Positions 9,484-20,200 of a stretch of 64,000 bases of DNA are shown one piece after another. The notes below the pieces were generated by a model, which was not told the DNA's origin, searched no databases, and saw only the letters and a program-made list of their open reading frames with translations. Source of the stretch: Bacteroidota bacterium. Its GTDB lineage: Bacteria; Bacteroidota; Bacteroidia; UKL13-3. Position 1 is the first letter of the stretch. Every line of letters begins with the position of its first letter. The translations under genes and the position numbers were made by a program. The DNA lies in the NCBI GenBank assembly GCA_037141455.1, contig JBAXCN010000002.1, forward strand, positions 32,641 to 96,640. Direction: 5' to 3'.

Positions 9484-12400
9484 ATGAAAAAGATATTAGT
9501 AGCAAATAGAGGTGAAATAGCAATTAGGGTTATGCGAGCAGCAAACGAGTTGCATATTAAAACGGTAGCAGTATATACTTACGAAGACAGATATTCTCTA
9601 CACCGCTATAAAGCCGATGAAAGTTACCAAATAGGTGATGATGCTGAGCCACTAAAACCCTATTTGAATATTGATGAAATAATAAGAATTGCAAAAACTT
9701 ATGAAGTAGATGCCATACATCCTGGTTACGGATTTTTAAGTGAAAATGCGCAGTTTGTCCAAAGGTGCAAAGACGAAGGAATAATATTTGTTGGACCCGA
9801 CCCACAGGTAATGCTAAACCTTGGCGATAAAGTGATGGCTAAAAAAGTAGCCATTGAAGCACTAGTTCCCGTTATTGAAGACAGCAAATTAGATCTAGAT
9901 TCTGTTGAAATTGCCTTACAAGAAGCAACACGAATTGGCTTGCCTATTATGATTAAAGCAGCAGCAGGTGGTGGCGGACGAGGAATGCGTGTGTTAAGAA
10001 ATATGGAAGACTTGACACAACAATTTAATGAAGCTAAAAACGAAGCTCAAGTTGCTTTTGGAGATGGAACAATATTTTTTGAAAAATTTATTGACCAACC
10101 TAAGCACATTGAAGTGCAAATAATGGGCGATAATTATGGCAATATTGTTCATTTGTTTGAGCGCGATTGTTCAGTGCAACGCAGGTTTCAAAAGGTGGTA
10201 GAAATGGCGCCAAGCCCAAGTTTAAAGGTTGAAACTAAAGAAAAATTATATGCTTATGCCATTGCCATTTGCCAAAAAGTAAAATATAATAATGTAGGTA
10301 CAGTTGAGTTTTTGGTTGATAAAGATGAAAATATATTTTTCATTGAAGTAAATCCTCGTATACAAGTAGAGCATACCGTTACCGAAGAAATTACTGGAGT
10401 TGATATTGTTAAAAACCAAATACTAATTGCAAAAGGTTCAAGGCTTGATTCAGCTGAAATAAATATTAAAAGTCAAAGCGATGTTTCTTATGAAGGGTTT
10501 GCAATTCAATGTAGAATTACAACCGAAGACGCTGCCAATAATTTTCAACCCGATTTTGGTACTATTATAGCATACAGAAATGCGGGCGGACATGGAATAA
10601 GATTAGATGAAGGAAGTAGTTATCCTGGTGTTAAAATATCACCTTTTTTCGATTCATTGTTAGTAAAAGTAACTGCCAAAGGTCGCTCATTGCCCGAAAC
10701 TTGTGAGCGTTTAATTCGTGTACTTTCCGAGTTTAGAATTAGAGGTGTTAAAACCAATATTGCATTTTTAGAAAATGTATTGCGTCACCCAACATTTATT
10801 GATGGCAAATGCACAGTTAATTTTATACAAGACAATCCCCAATTATTTCAATTTAATAAACGAAAAGACAGTGGAACTAAAACACTGCAATATTTAGCCA
10901 ATATAGTAGTAAATGGAAACGAAGATGTAAAGTATATTAATCCAAATATAACCTTTAGAAATCCTGTAATTCCTAGTTTTGAAAAATACGAACCATATCC
11001 AAAAGGTACCAAAGATTTATTAAATGATTTAGGCAGACCCAAATTTATAGAAAGCATAAAAAACAACAAGCAAATTTTATATACCGATACTACATTTAGA
11101 GATGCACACCAAAGTTTGTTGGCTACCCGAGTTAGGACAATTGATATGCTTAAAATAGCAGAAAGTTATGCAAAAAATCATCCTGAATTATTTAGTATAG
11201 AAATGTGGGGAGGTGCCACATTTGATGTAGCATTACGCTTTTTACACGAAGACCCTTGGCAACGATTACAACTATTGCGCGAAGCAATTCCAAATACGCT
11301 TTTTCAAATGCTAATTCGTGGTTCAAATGCAGTTGGTTACACTGCTTATCCTGATAATTTAGTAGAAAAATTTATAGAAAAAAGTTGGGAATATGGCATT
11401 GATGTTTTCCGTATTTTCGATTCGTTGAATTGGTTAGATGGAATGAAAGTTTCTATTAATGCCGTAAACCAAAGAACCAATGGAATAGCCGAGGCTTGCA
11501 TTTGTTACAGTGGTGATTTTTTAAACCCTGAAAAAAATAAAAAGTTTAACTTAAACTATTATTTAGATTTAGCTAAAAGAATTGAAGATGCAGGCGCACA
11601 TATTTTAGGAATAAAAGACATGGCCGGTTTGCTAAAACCTTACCAAGCTCAAATATTAATTACGGAACTTAAAAAGAGTATAGATATTCCAATTCATTTG
11701 CATACACACGATACCAGCGGTATTCAGCCGGCAACATACTTAAAGGCTATAGAAGCTGGAGTTGATATTTTGGATGTATGCTTGGCAAGTATGAGTGGTT
11801 TAACCTCGCAACCAAATTTTAACTCAATAGTTGCAATGATGGAAGGGCAGGAAAGAGAATGTAAAATGAATCTTTCTAAATTAAATGAATTTAGTAATTA
11901 CTGGGAAGATATACGCGAATGGTATTACCCTTTTGAAAGCGAATTAAAAGCAGGAACTGCACAAGTTTACGACCATGAAATTCCAGGTGGTCAATATTCA
12001 AACCTTCGTCCGCAAGCGCGAGGTTTAGGTTTAGAAAATCAGTTTGAAACCATTAAAAAGAACTATGTAGTAGCCAACGAATTGTTTGGCGATATTATTA
12101 AAGTAACTCCATCGAGCAAAGTAGTAGGAGACATGGCTATGTTTATGACTTCGAATGGTTATACCAAGTTCGATATTTTTGCAAATGGAGGAAGTATTTC
12201 ATTTCCCGATAGTGTAATAGGTTTATTGAAAGGCGACTTAGGTCAGCCTGATGGTGGTTTTCCAAACCCATTACAAAAGTTGGTTTTAAAAGATGTAGTT
12301 CCTTATACAACAAGACCAAACGAACACATGGAACCAATTAATTTTGATGATGAGTTTGAAAAGTTTCAATTAAAATTTGGCAAAGAATATACGTTTTTAG

Positions 12401-12918
12401 ATTTACTGAGTTACTTATTTTACCCAAAAGTATTTGAAGAATATGCAGCACATAGAGAAAAATTTGGAGATGTTTACTACTTTCCAACTACTGCATTTTT
12501 TTATGGTTTAAATGCCAATGAAGAAACATTAATTGAGCTGGTTCCAGGTAAAAGCATATTGGTAAAAATGATGTACACCACCCAACCCGATGAACACGGT
12601 ATAGTAAGTGTATTTTTTAAACTAAACGGACAAACACGAGCCATAGAAGTAAAAAGCAATAATTTTAAAGTAACTATAGCTACAAATAAAAAAGTAACTA
12701 ACGACAATGAAATTGGTGCGCCTTTGCAAGGTAAACTTTCAAAAATATTGGTAAATATTGGAGATGAGGTAGAAAAAAATGCACCCTTGTTTGCCATAGA
12801 AGCCATGAAAATGGAAAGCACAGTGGTTGCACCTTTTGCAGGTAAAATAAAAAATATTATTTTAAAAACAGGCAGTTTGGTGGCGCAAGATGATGTGGTT
12901 TTAGAAATAGAAAAATAG
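9484..12918 (+). CDS. pyc: Pyruvate carboxylase (biotin carboxylase + carboxyltransferase + biotinyl domains)
   Basis: 1144 aa with an N-terminal ATP-grasp biotin carboxylase (GGGGRGMR, EVNPRIQVEHTVTE). It also has a central DRE-TIM carboxyltransferase (HTHDTSG) and a C-terminal EAMKME biotin attachment motif. Confidence 0.92.
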   Translation: MKKILVANRGEIAIRVMRAANELHIKTVAVYTYEDRYSLHRYKADESYQIGDDAEPLKPYLNIDEIIRIAKTYEVDAIHPGYGFLSENAQFVQRCKDEGIIFVGPDPQVMLNLGDKVMAKKVAIEALVPVIEDSKLDLDSVEIALQEATRIGLPIMIKAAAGGGGRGMRVLRNMEDLTQQFNEAKNEAQVAFGDGTIFFEKFIDQPKHIEVQIMGDNYGNIVHLFERDCSVQRRFQKVVEMAPSPSLKVETKEKLYAYAIAICQKVKYNNVGTVEFLVDKDENIFFIEVNPRIQVEHTVTEEITGVDIVKNQILIAKGSRLDSAEINIKSQSDVSYEGFAIQCRITTEDAANNFQPDFGTIIAYRNAGGHGIRLDEGSSYPGVKISPFFDSLLVKVTAKGRSLPETCERLIRVLSEFRIRGVKTNIAFLENVLRHPTFIDGKCTVNFIQDNPQLFQFNKRKDSGTKTLQYLANIVVNGNEDVKYINPNITFRNPVIPSFEKYEPYPKGTKDLLNDLGRPKFIESIKNNKQILYTDTTFRDAHQSLLATRVRTIDMLKIAESYAKNHPELFSIEMWGGATFDVALRFLHEDPWQRLQLLREAIPNTLFQMLIRGSNAVGYTAYPDNLVEKFIEKSWEYGIDVFRIFDSLNWLDGMKVSINAVNQRTNGIAEACICYSGDFLNPEKNKKFNLNYYLDLAKRIEDAGAHILGIKDMAGLLKPYQAQILITELKKSIDIPIHLHTHDTSGIQPATYLKAIEAGVDILDVCLASMSGLTSQPNFNSIVAMMEGQERECKMNLSKLNEFSNYWEDIREWYYPFESELKAGTAQVYDHEIPGGQYSNLRPQARGLGLENQFETIKKNYVVANELFGDIIKVTPSSKVVGDMAMFMTSNGYTKFDIFANGGSISFPDSVIGLLKGDLGQPDGGFPNPLQKLVLKDVVPYTTRPNEHMEPINFDDEFEKFQLKFGKEYTFLDLLSYLFYPKVFEEYAAHREKFGDVYYFPTTAFFYGLNANEETLIELVPGKSILVKMMYTTQPDEHGIVSVFFKLNGQTRAIEVKSNNFKVTIATNKKVTNDNEIGAPLQGKLSKILVNIGDEVEKNAPLFAIEAMKMESTVVAPFAGKIKNIILKTGSLVAQDDVVLEIEK

Positions 12919-13177
12919 TTTTTATTTAATAGAAATCTTTTATAATTCGCAATAATGACTAAATAAAATTTTGCAATAAATAATTGATTTATGAAAAAAT
13001 CTAATATTTCAAGATTTGGTGTAAACAAACAAGAGATCAAATTTCAAGTGGATGTCCATGTGGCTATAAAATAGTATAGACTAACTTAATAAACGATTCT
13101 AAGCAAGCAGTAATTAATTACTAAAAAGAATAAATTTATTATTAAAGGGTTTTATTAAAAAAACTTAACGTTAAAAT

Positions 13178-13208
13178 AGGTTGTCTCAAAAAGACAACCT
13201 ATTTTTTA
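13178..13208. terminator. Intrinsic terminator hairpin between pyc and mscS, possibly bidirectional
   Basis: aggttgtc-tcaaaaa-gacaacct followed by attttttat. Confidence 0.55.
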
Positions 13209-13261
13209 TATTCTTATGTTCTTTTTAACATAAATTTTTAAAAACCGATTTGAATTTTACC

Positions 13262-13357
13262 GCACCGTCAGACGATTGTGCTAAGGTTTGCGTAGGCAAG
13301 GCGTCAGACGGTCAACGAACAACGGTTAACGAACAGCGAACAACGGTCAACGAACAA
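13262..13357. repeat. GC-rich tandem repeat (aacgaaca / caacggtcaacgaacaac units) abutting the mscS stop
   Basis: Visible direct repetition of cgtcagacg and caacgaacaacggt(c/t)aacgaaca in an otherwise AT-rich spacer. Confidence 0.6.
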
Positions 13358-14440
13358 CTATTTTCCTAAAAACACAGTTTGTGTTGGATATGCAAATTTG
13401 CAATTGTTTTGTTCTACAATTTCCATTATGGCCAAATTTATTTGTTGTTTTACTTCTATCTTTTTTTCATACAAATTTGATTTTACAAAATAAATTACCA
13501 AAATACTTAACGAACTGCTATCAAACTCAGTAAAATTTACATTCATTTCATCGCTTGTATCTTGGTTATTGGCTATGGTATTTTTTATTTCAGTTATAAT
13601 ATTCAATATATCTTTCGATTTACTTTCGTAAGTTAGTTGCAATAAAAATTTAACCCTGCGTTCTTCACTTAAACTTATATTATTTAAAGTTGAATCAACC
13701 ATTTTTTTATTAGGTACAGTAACTAAACTTCTGTCATACGTTCTAACCCTTGTGGTTCTGAATCCAACTCTTTCCACAACACCTTTCACATCCGAAATTT
13801 CAATTTGGTCACCTACTTTAAAAGGTTTGTCTAAGTAAATAATAAACGACCCAAAAAGGTTAGCAATGGTATCTTGTGCAGCCAATGCTATGGCTAAACC
13901 ACCAATGCCCAAACTGGCAATTAACGCGGTTATATTAACTTCAAAAGCCAATCGAAGTGCTACGAAAAATGCAATAATGATGATGATGATTTTAGAAAGC
14001 TCTTTTATAAATCGAATCAGATCAAAATTTAAATGTTCTACATCACCCTCCATTAATACAAAAGAAATATAATCGGCTGTTTTTAAAATTAATTTTGTAA
14101 TTACAGTTATTAATGCAATTTCGAAAACCGCTTCAATTACCCACCTTAATCCAAAATTTTCTATACCATCAATATTCCACGTTTCAGGGAAGTTTAAACG
14201 GTTAAACGCCACATATAATATGATTATCGAAATTAATTGTTCAAATGGAGTTCTGAGTAACTCTAAAAACTTATCGTAATATAAGTTTTGAGCAATTCCT
14301 TTAAAAATTCTGAACGTTTGCTTACTAATAATATTGGCAATTAAACGTTTCAATAAAAATCCAAAAACCAAAATTGCTGCGCAAATAAGGTATTCGCGCA
14401 GCGGATTTTCAAAATATTTTATTTCTAGTGTTTCATGCAT
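13358..14440 (-). CDS. Mechanosensitive ion channel, MscS family
   Basis: 360 aa with N-terminal TM helices. It has a conserved MscS beta-domain region (GDQIEISDVKGVVERVGFRTTRVRTYDRSLVTVPN). Confidence 0.8.
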   Translation of the reverse strand: MHETLEIKYFENPLREYLICAAILVFGFLLKRLIANIISKQTFRIFKGIAQNLYYDKFLELLRTPFEQLISIIILYVAFNRLNFPETWNIDGIENFGLRWVIEAVFEIALITVITKLILKTADYISFVLMEGDVEHLNFDLIRFIKELSKIIIIIIAFFVALRLAFEVNITALIASLGIGGLAIALAAQDTIANLFGSFIIYLDKPFKVGDQIEISDVKGVVERVGFRTTRVRTYDRSLVTVPNKKMVDSTLNNISLSEERRVKFLLQLTYESKSKDILNIITEIKNTIANNQDTSDEMNVNFTEFDSSSLSILVIYFVKSNLYEKKIEVKQQINLAIMEIVEQNNCKFAYPTQTVFLGK

Positions 14441-14607
14441 GAGCTTTTAAGTTAATAGAGTTATAGGTTGATAAGTTGATTGATTGGAAAGTAAAAATTA
14501 TAAAATATAAACAACACAAAATTATAAGATAAAAGAAGTAAACAATTAACCAATTAACCCTTTCAACAGTTAACCAATTAAACCATCCAACAATTCAGTC
14601 ATAAACC

Positions 14608-15846
14608 TTACTTCACCAAATTTACCAAAGCCATCTCAAGGCCCTTTTTCAATAACCCAGAATGTTTCGGATTAAATTGATGTAAACGCATCATGGCTTG
14701 CCAAATTATTTTTGATGAATCTTTAAAAATTGCTTCATCTGTTGTATCTACATCATCGTTACTTTGACAGTATGCAAAAACGCGTGCCATTCCACAATTA
14801 GCAATAAAATCAGGTATTACAGCCACTTTATCATCGGTATAATTAGCAATAGGGCCCATAAATATTTCTTCATCAGCAAAAGGTACATTGGCACCGCAGC
14901 TAATTACTTCCAAATCATTATCAACCATTCTATCCACCTGCTCTTTGGTTAACAAACGCGATGCAGCAGCAGGAACAAATATTTCAGCGCCTAAATCCCA
15001 AATTTTAGCATTTACTTCCTCGTAGCTCAACATATTTGGGTGTACCAAAGTGTTGCCTTGTTTGTTTAAAAAAAGGTCTTTTATCTCCTCTTTAGTAAAT
15101 CCAATATTATTTATCAATCCGCCATTTCTGTCAATAATTCCTACAACCATAACACCATATAAACTTAAGTAATAAGCTGCCGCAGCGCCTACATTTCCCC
15201 AACCTTGAATAATGGCACGTTTCATGGTAATATTTCCACCCCAAATACCGTAATAATGACGCACTGCTTCAGCAACTCCAAAGCCAGTAATCATATCTGC
15301 AGTAACTAAATTTTTATTATCTACTGGAATAAAACGTAAGTCTGTTAATTTTTTTGAAACACCTTCAGTTAAATTAGCAATTCGTTTTTTAGTTGAAGCA
15401 GCATCAACTTTAAAATGACCATTCACTACTCCTTCTTGCGGGTGCAATAATCCTAATTTTTCAGTTATAGGAATTACCTCGTGTATTTCATCTACATTCA
15501 AATCGCCACCAGTTCCATAATAAGTTTTAAGCAATGGCATCACAGCTTTGTACCAACGTTCTAAAACTCCTTTTTTTCTTGGGTCGGCAGGGTCAAAGTT
15601 TATACCTGATTTAGCACCACCAATGGCTGGTCCTGCAATGGTAAATTTTATTTCCATTGTTTTAGCCAACGAGGTAACTTCATGTTTGTTTAAACCTTTG
15701 CGCATGCGCGTTCCACCTCCTGCAGCTCCTCCTCTTAATGAGTTTATTACTACCCAACCTTCCGCTTCGGTTTCTGTATCTTTCCATTCAAAAACAATTT
15801 CAGGTTGCTTGTCTTCGTATTTTTTTATTAATTTATCTAATTGCAT
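14608..15846 (-). CDS. gdh: Glu/Leu/Phe/Val-family amino-acid dehydrogenase (glutamate dehydrogenase-like)
   Basis: Motifs GGAAGGGTRM...GGAKSGI and GWGNVGAAAA (Rossmann). 412 aa. Confidence 0.75.
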   Translation of the reverse strand: MQLDKLIKKYEDKQPEIVFEWKDTETEAEGWVVINSLRGGAAGGGTRMRKGLNKHEVTSLAKTMEIKFTIAGPAIGGAKSGINFDPADPRKKGVLERWYKAVMPLLKTYYGTGGDLNVDEIHEVIPITEKLGLLHPQEGVVNGHFKVDAASTKKRIANLTEGVSKKLTDLRFIPVDNKNLVTADMITGFGVAEAVRHYYGIWGGNITMKRAIIQGWGNVGAAAAYYLSLYGVMVVGIIDRNGGLINNIGFTKEEIKDLFLNKQGNTLVHPNMLSYEEVNAKIWDLGAEIFVPAAASRLLTKEQVDRMVDNDLEVISCGANVPFADEEIFMGPIANYTDDKVAVIPDFIANCGMARVFAYCQSNDDVDTTDEAIFKDSSKIIWQAMMRLHQFNPKHSGLLKKGLEMALVNLVK

Positions 15847-15986
15847 ATTAGTTCTTAGTTTTTAGTTGACAGTTGATAGTTTTCTTAGTTTATAGTTCTT
15901 AGTTGTATTAATTTATAAATCTTTTAATTTTTGTAATCTTATAATTTTTTCAATCTTGTAATCTTTAACTTTTGTGATTATAAATT

Positions 15987-17081
15987 TTATGTCATTTCGA
16001 GCGAAGTCGAGAAACATACTTTGCTAAAATCACCATGTAATGCCCCGCCAATACTATTGCGTGCAGCGCCCGTTACTGTTTTTAAAATGTTTATTTCATT
16101 CCTTATTCTTAACACACCCAAAAAGGCAAAAATCAATGCTTCTTTGTAATTAATTATTTTTGAATCAGGAATAATAATTTCATTTTTCGTTTTGTTTTTT
16201 ATTTTATTTATTAAAAATGAGTTGAAAGCTCCACCTCCCGTTACAAGCACATTGTCAATACTGTAAGTATTTAATATTGTTGCAATTTGTATTGAAATAT
16301 GTTCGCTCAATGTAGCCATTTTATCAACTAACAAAATATTTTCAAAGCTATTTAAAATTGGTAAAAACTGATTGTTAACCCATTCTATACCAAGCGATTT
16401 TGCTCCTTGTTTTTTGTAAAAATCTATATTATTAAAAGCTAAAAGTAATTCATTATTTATTGTTCCATTTGATGCAATTTCACCTTCATTGTCAAAAGGC
16501 AAATCAATTTCGTTTGCAAATAAATTCATTACCATATTACATGGACAAATATCGAAAGCTTTACCTGTTTCTTTAAAACTAATATTGGCAAATCCACCCA
16601 AGTTTAAACAAGCATCATAGCTTTCAAATAAAAATTTATCGCCTATAGGAACCAAAGGTGCGCCTTGTCCACCTAACATAACATCCATTGTCCTAAAATT
16701 ATTTACCACAGGTAAATTTGTTTCTGCACTAATGCCTGCACCACATCCTATTTGTGCAGTAAATCCATTTTCAGGCTGATGAAAAATAGTATGTCCGTGA
16801 GAGGAAATAAAATCAACTTTAAGGTTGTTTTCGTTAATAAATTGGTTGGTAATTTTACCTAAATACCTGCCATAAAAAGCATCGGTTTTTGGATATAAAT
16901 GAATGGGTTGTTTATGCAATTGCGATAAGCGAACCATCCAATTATTATTATAAGGAATTGTTTTGGCTTCTTTTATTTCAAAAGTCCATTTATTGTTTTC
17001 ATAAATAAATTCGCAAAAGGCAATATCCACTCCATCCATCGAAGTGCCACTCATTAAGCCTATTACATTGTATTTATTCAC
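15987..17081 (-). CDS. anmK: Anhydro-N-acetylmuramic acid kinase AnmK
   Basis: N-terminus IGLMSGTSMDGVDIA. 364 aa. The C-terminal codons (..FSTSLEMT*) are supplied by a dispersed repeat motif tcatttcgagcgaagtcgagaaa. Confidence 0.85.
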   Translation of the reverse strand: MNKYNVIGLMSGTSMDGVDIAFCEFIYENNKWTFEIKEAKTIPYNNNWMVRLSQLHKQPIHLYPKTDAFYGRYLGKITNQFINENNLKVDFISSHGHTIFHQPENGFTAQIGCGAGISAETNLPVVNNFRTMDVMLGGQGAPLVPIGDKFLFESYDACLNLGGFANISFKETGKAFDICPCNMVMNLFANEIDLPFDNEGEIASNGTINNELLLAFNNIDFYKKQGAKSLGIEWVNNQFLPILNSFENILLVDKMATLSEHISIQIATILNTYSIDNVLVTGGGAFNSFLINKIKNKTKNEIIIPDSKIINYKEALIFAFLGVLRIRNEINILKTVTGAARNSIGGALHGDFSKVCFSTSLEMT

Positions 17082-17277
17082 TATTTTAATATAAAAAAAG
17101 TGTACGAATATAGCATAATTTAGGCTTTAAACTTGATTTTTTTGAAGTTAACTAAAGGTTAATTTGTTGAATAAATGATATTAAAATGGCCTGATTTAGA
17201 TAACAAAAAATTAATATGTAATTTACCTTAGCAAAACATTCTAAAAATAGATTTGCTTAAATTCAACAAAAATATAT

Positions 17278-20200
17278 ATGAAAATTTTTACATTAAGTAA
17301 AAGTCTAATTTGTGCAGTTTTGTTGCTTTTGTCTTTTGGCATTAAAGCACAAACCACACTTAGCGTTCGTGTTAATCAAGCATCTGATGACCACGAAGAG
17401 TATTTATCGGGTGGAAATCCCAACACCGGTAAAATTATTGGAAACCTAGATATTGGAAGTTCTGATTTAGAGTTTGGTTGCGAAAGTGCAGCAGGTGATT
17501 CACAATTAGTTGGTATGCGTTTTAACAATATTACCATACCAAAAGGTGCTATTATTTCAAAAGCATACATACAGTTTACTGTTGATGCAACTGGAAAAAA
17601 CACCAATCCTTGTATTGTTTATTTGCAAGCTGAAGCAACAGATAGTGCACATACTTTTAGTGATACTATTCGTTATGGTCTTTCAACACGTGCAAAATTA
17701 GCTGATTCAATAAAATGGGTAGTTAGTAATGGTGGAACATGGAATGTAGTAGGTTCAGCTACTGCTGATCAACGTACACCTAATTTATCATCATTGGTTC
17801 AAAGCTTAATTGGACGAAATGGATGGAAATCAGGGAATTCAATGGCATTTTATATGTTTGGAAGTGGTACTCGCGAAGTGGAAGCTTATGATGGTGATGC
17901 ACCTAAAGCTCCTCAATTAGTAATTGAATATTTTATGCCTATTTCTATTAATAGCAGAATTGCTTCAGCAAGTGATGATTTAGAAGAGTGGACAAGCAAC
18001 GGAAATCCTAGTGCAGGTAAAACTTTAGGTAATAACGATATTGGAAGTTCTGATTTAGAGTTTGGTTGCGAAAGTGCTGCTGGAGATTCACAATTAGTTG
18101 GAATGCGTTTTATTAATTTAAATATACCTAAAGGCGCTGTAATACAAAATGCTTACATACAATTTACTGTTGATGCTACTAGCAAAAATACCAATCCATG
18201 TATAGTATATTTAAAAGCTGAAGATAATTCAAATCCTATTACATTTAGCGATACTACTCGTTATGGAATGAGCAATCGTCCTAAATTAATGGATTCAATT
18301 CAATGGGTTGTAAGCAATGGAGGTACTTGGAATACTGTTGGTTCAGCTACACCTGACCAAAGAACACCCAATTTAAAAAATTTAGTTCAATCATTAGTTA
18401 ATAAATCAACTTGGGCTGCAAATAATGCAATGGCATTTTATTTATATGGAAGTGGAACTCGCGAGGTAGAATCGTTTGATGGTGATGCTCCAAAAGCAGC
18501 TCAATTAGTAGTTGAATATATACCAGTTACTGCTATTAGTAAAAGAATTGCAGCAGCAAGTGACGATTTAGAAGAATATGTATCAGTAGGAAATCCAAGT
18601 ACAAGTAAAATTTTAGGTAATAACGATGTTGGAAGTTCTGATTTAGAATTTGGTTGGGAAAGTGCAGCAGGCGATGAGCAATTGGTAGGTTTACGTTTTA
18701 CCGATTTAAGTGTTCCTGCTGGTGCAATTATACAAAATGCATATATACAATTTACTGTTGATGCAACAAGTAAAAACACAAACCCTTGTGTAGTAAATGT
18801 AAAAGCTGAAGACAATGTAAACCCATTAACTTTTAGCGATACCACAAGATACGGAATGAGTTCAAGACCAAAATTAGCCGATTCTACTATTTGGGTAGTA
18901 AGTAACGGTGGAACTTGGAACACAGTTGGTTCAGCCACTGCTGATCAAAGAACACCAAATTTAAAAAACTTAGTTCAATCATTAGTAAATAAAACAGGTT
19001 GGAACAAAGGTAACGCAATGGCATTTTACTTAAACGGAACAGGTGTGCGTGAAGTAGAAGCTTTTGATGGTGATGCACCTAAAGCTGCACAATTGGTTAT
19101 TGAGTTTTTAGGCGATACAACAGGTGGTGGTCCTGTTCAATATGTTGCAACTCCAGTTACAAATTTTCCTATTGCTAAAAAATCAGTATGGAATTTTTGG
19201 GATAAAGCAAATAAACCAGCTAACACTTGGTTAGATACTTTAAATAACGATACTTTTTGGGCTTATTCAAACGCTCCTTTAGGTTATGGCGATAATTTTT
19301 ATATAAATCCAATTGGTTTTGGTGGTATTGCCAATAATAAAAATATTACATCTTGGTTTAGAAAAACAATCAATGTTAACACTGCTACTTTAGCTGACAC
19401 ATTAGAATTAAACCTAATGTGCGATGATGGAGCTGTAGTTTATGTAAACGGAACACAAGTGTTAAGACACAATATGCCAACAGGTGCTATTGATTCAAAT
19501 ACATTAGCTACTAAAAATGTAGAAGGAATGGCCGAAATGGTATTTTTTACTTACGATATTCCTAAAACAGCATTTAGAAACGGTAAAAACGTGGTTGCTT
19601 TAGAAGTTCATCAAAACAGTTCAACAAGTTCGGATGCTGGTTTTGATATTGAAATTAAAAATCGTACAGTGGCTATTCCTACTTTAGGCGCTGCTTGTAC
19701 TAACCCTAACGATTTACATATTTCATGTTTCAATTCTTTAATGCCAATTGATAAGGTAGATAGTATGGGAATACCTGCTACACATACTTTTCAACGTTTG
19801 GTTAAAGAAGGAGATTTATATACAAATGGAAACACTGTTGGAACTTCTTTCGATTTTACTCCTTATGTAGGAAGAAACGGAAGTAGCAAAAATGGTTGGA
19901 TGGGAATTAACTATGAAACTAACCCTAACGGAGGTGTTGGTATTTTCAATGTAAATCAAAATTGTGCAACTGGTTTATGGACAGTAGATTCAAGCCAAGC
20001 GGTTGATTTTACAACTGATATTGTAAGAACAGAACGTAATTGTTCAGGAGGAATTACTCCTTGGGGAACAATTGTTACTGCAGAAGAAAGTTTAACAGCT
20101 GGCGATGCGAATGCTGATGGATACCAAGATATTGGTTGGTTAGTTGAAATTGACCCAAGTACAAAAAAAGTAAAACAATATGGTAATGGTAAAAACGAAA

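Noticed and set aside
12919-13177. Possible small ORF or sRNA between pyc and the terminator (e.g. 24-aa MKKSNISRFGVNKQEIKFQVDVHV)
   Set aside because: It is too short and low-complexity, with no supporting signal.
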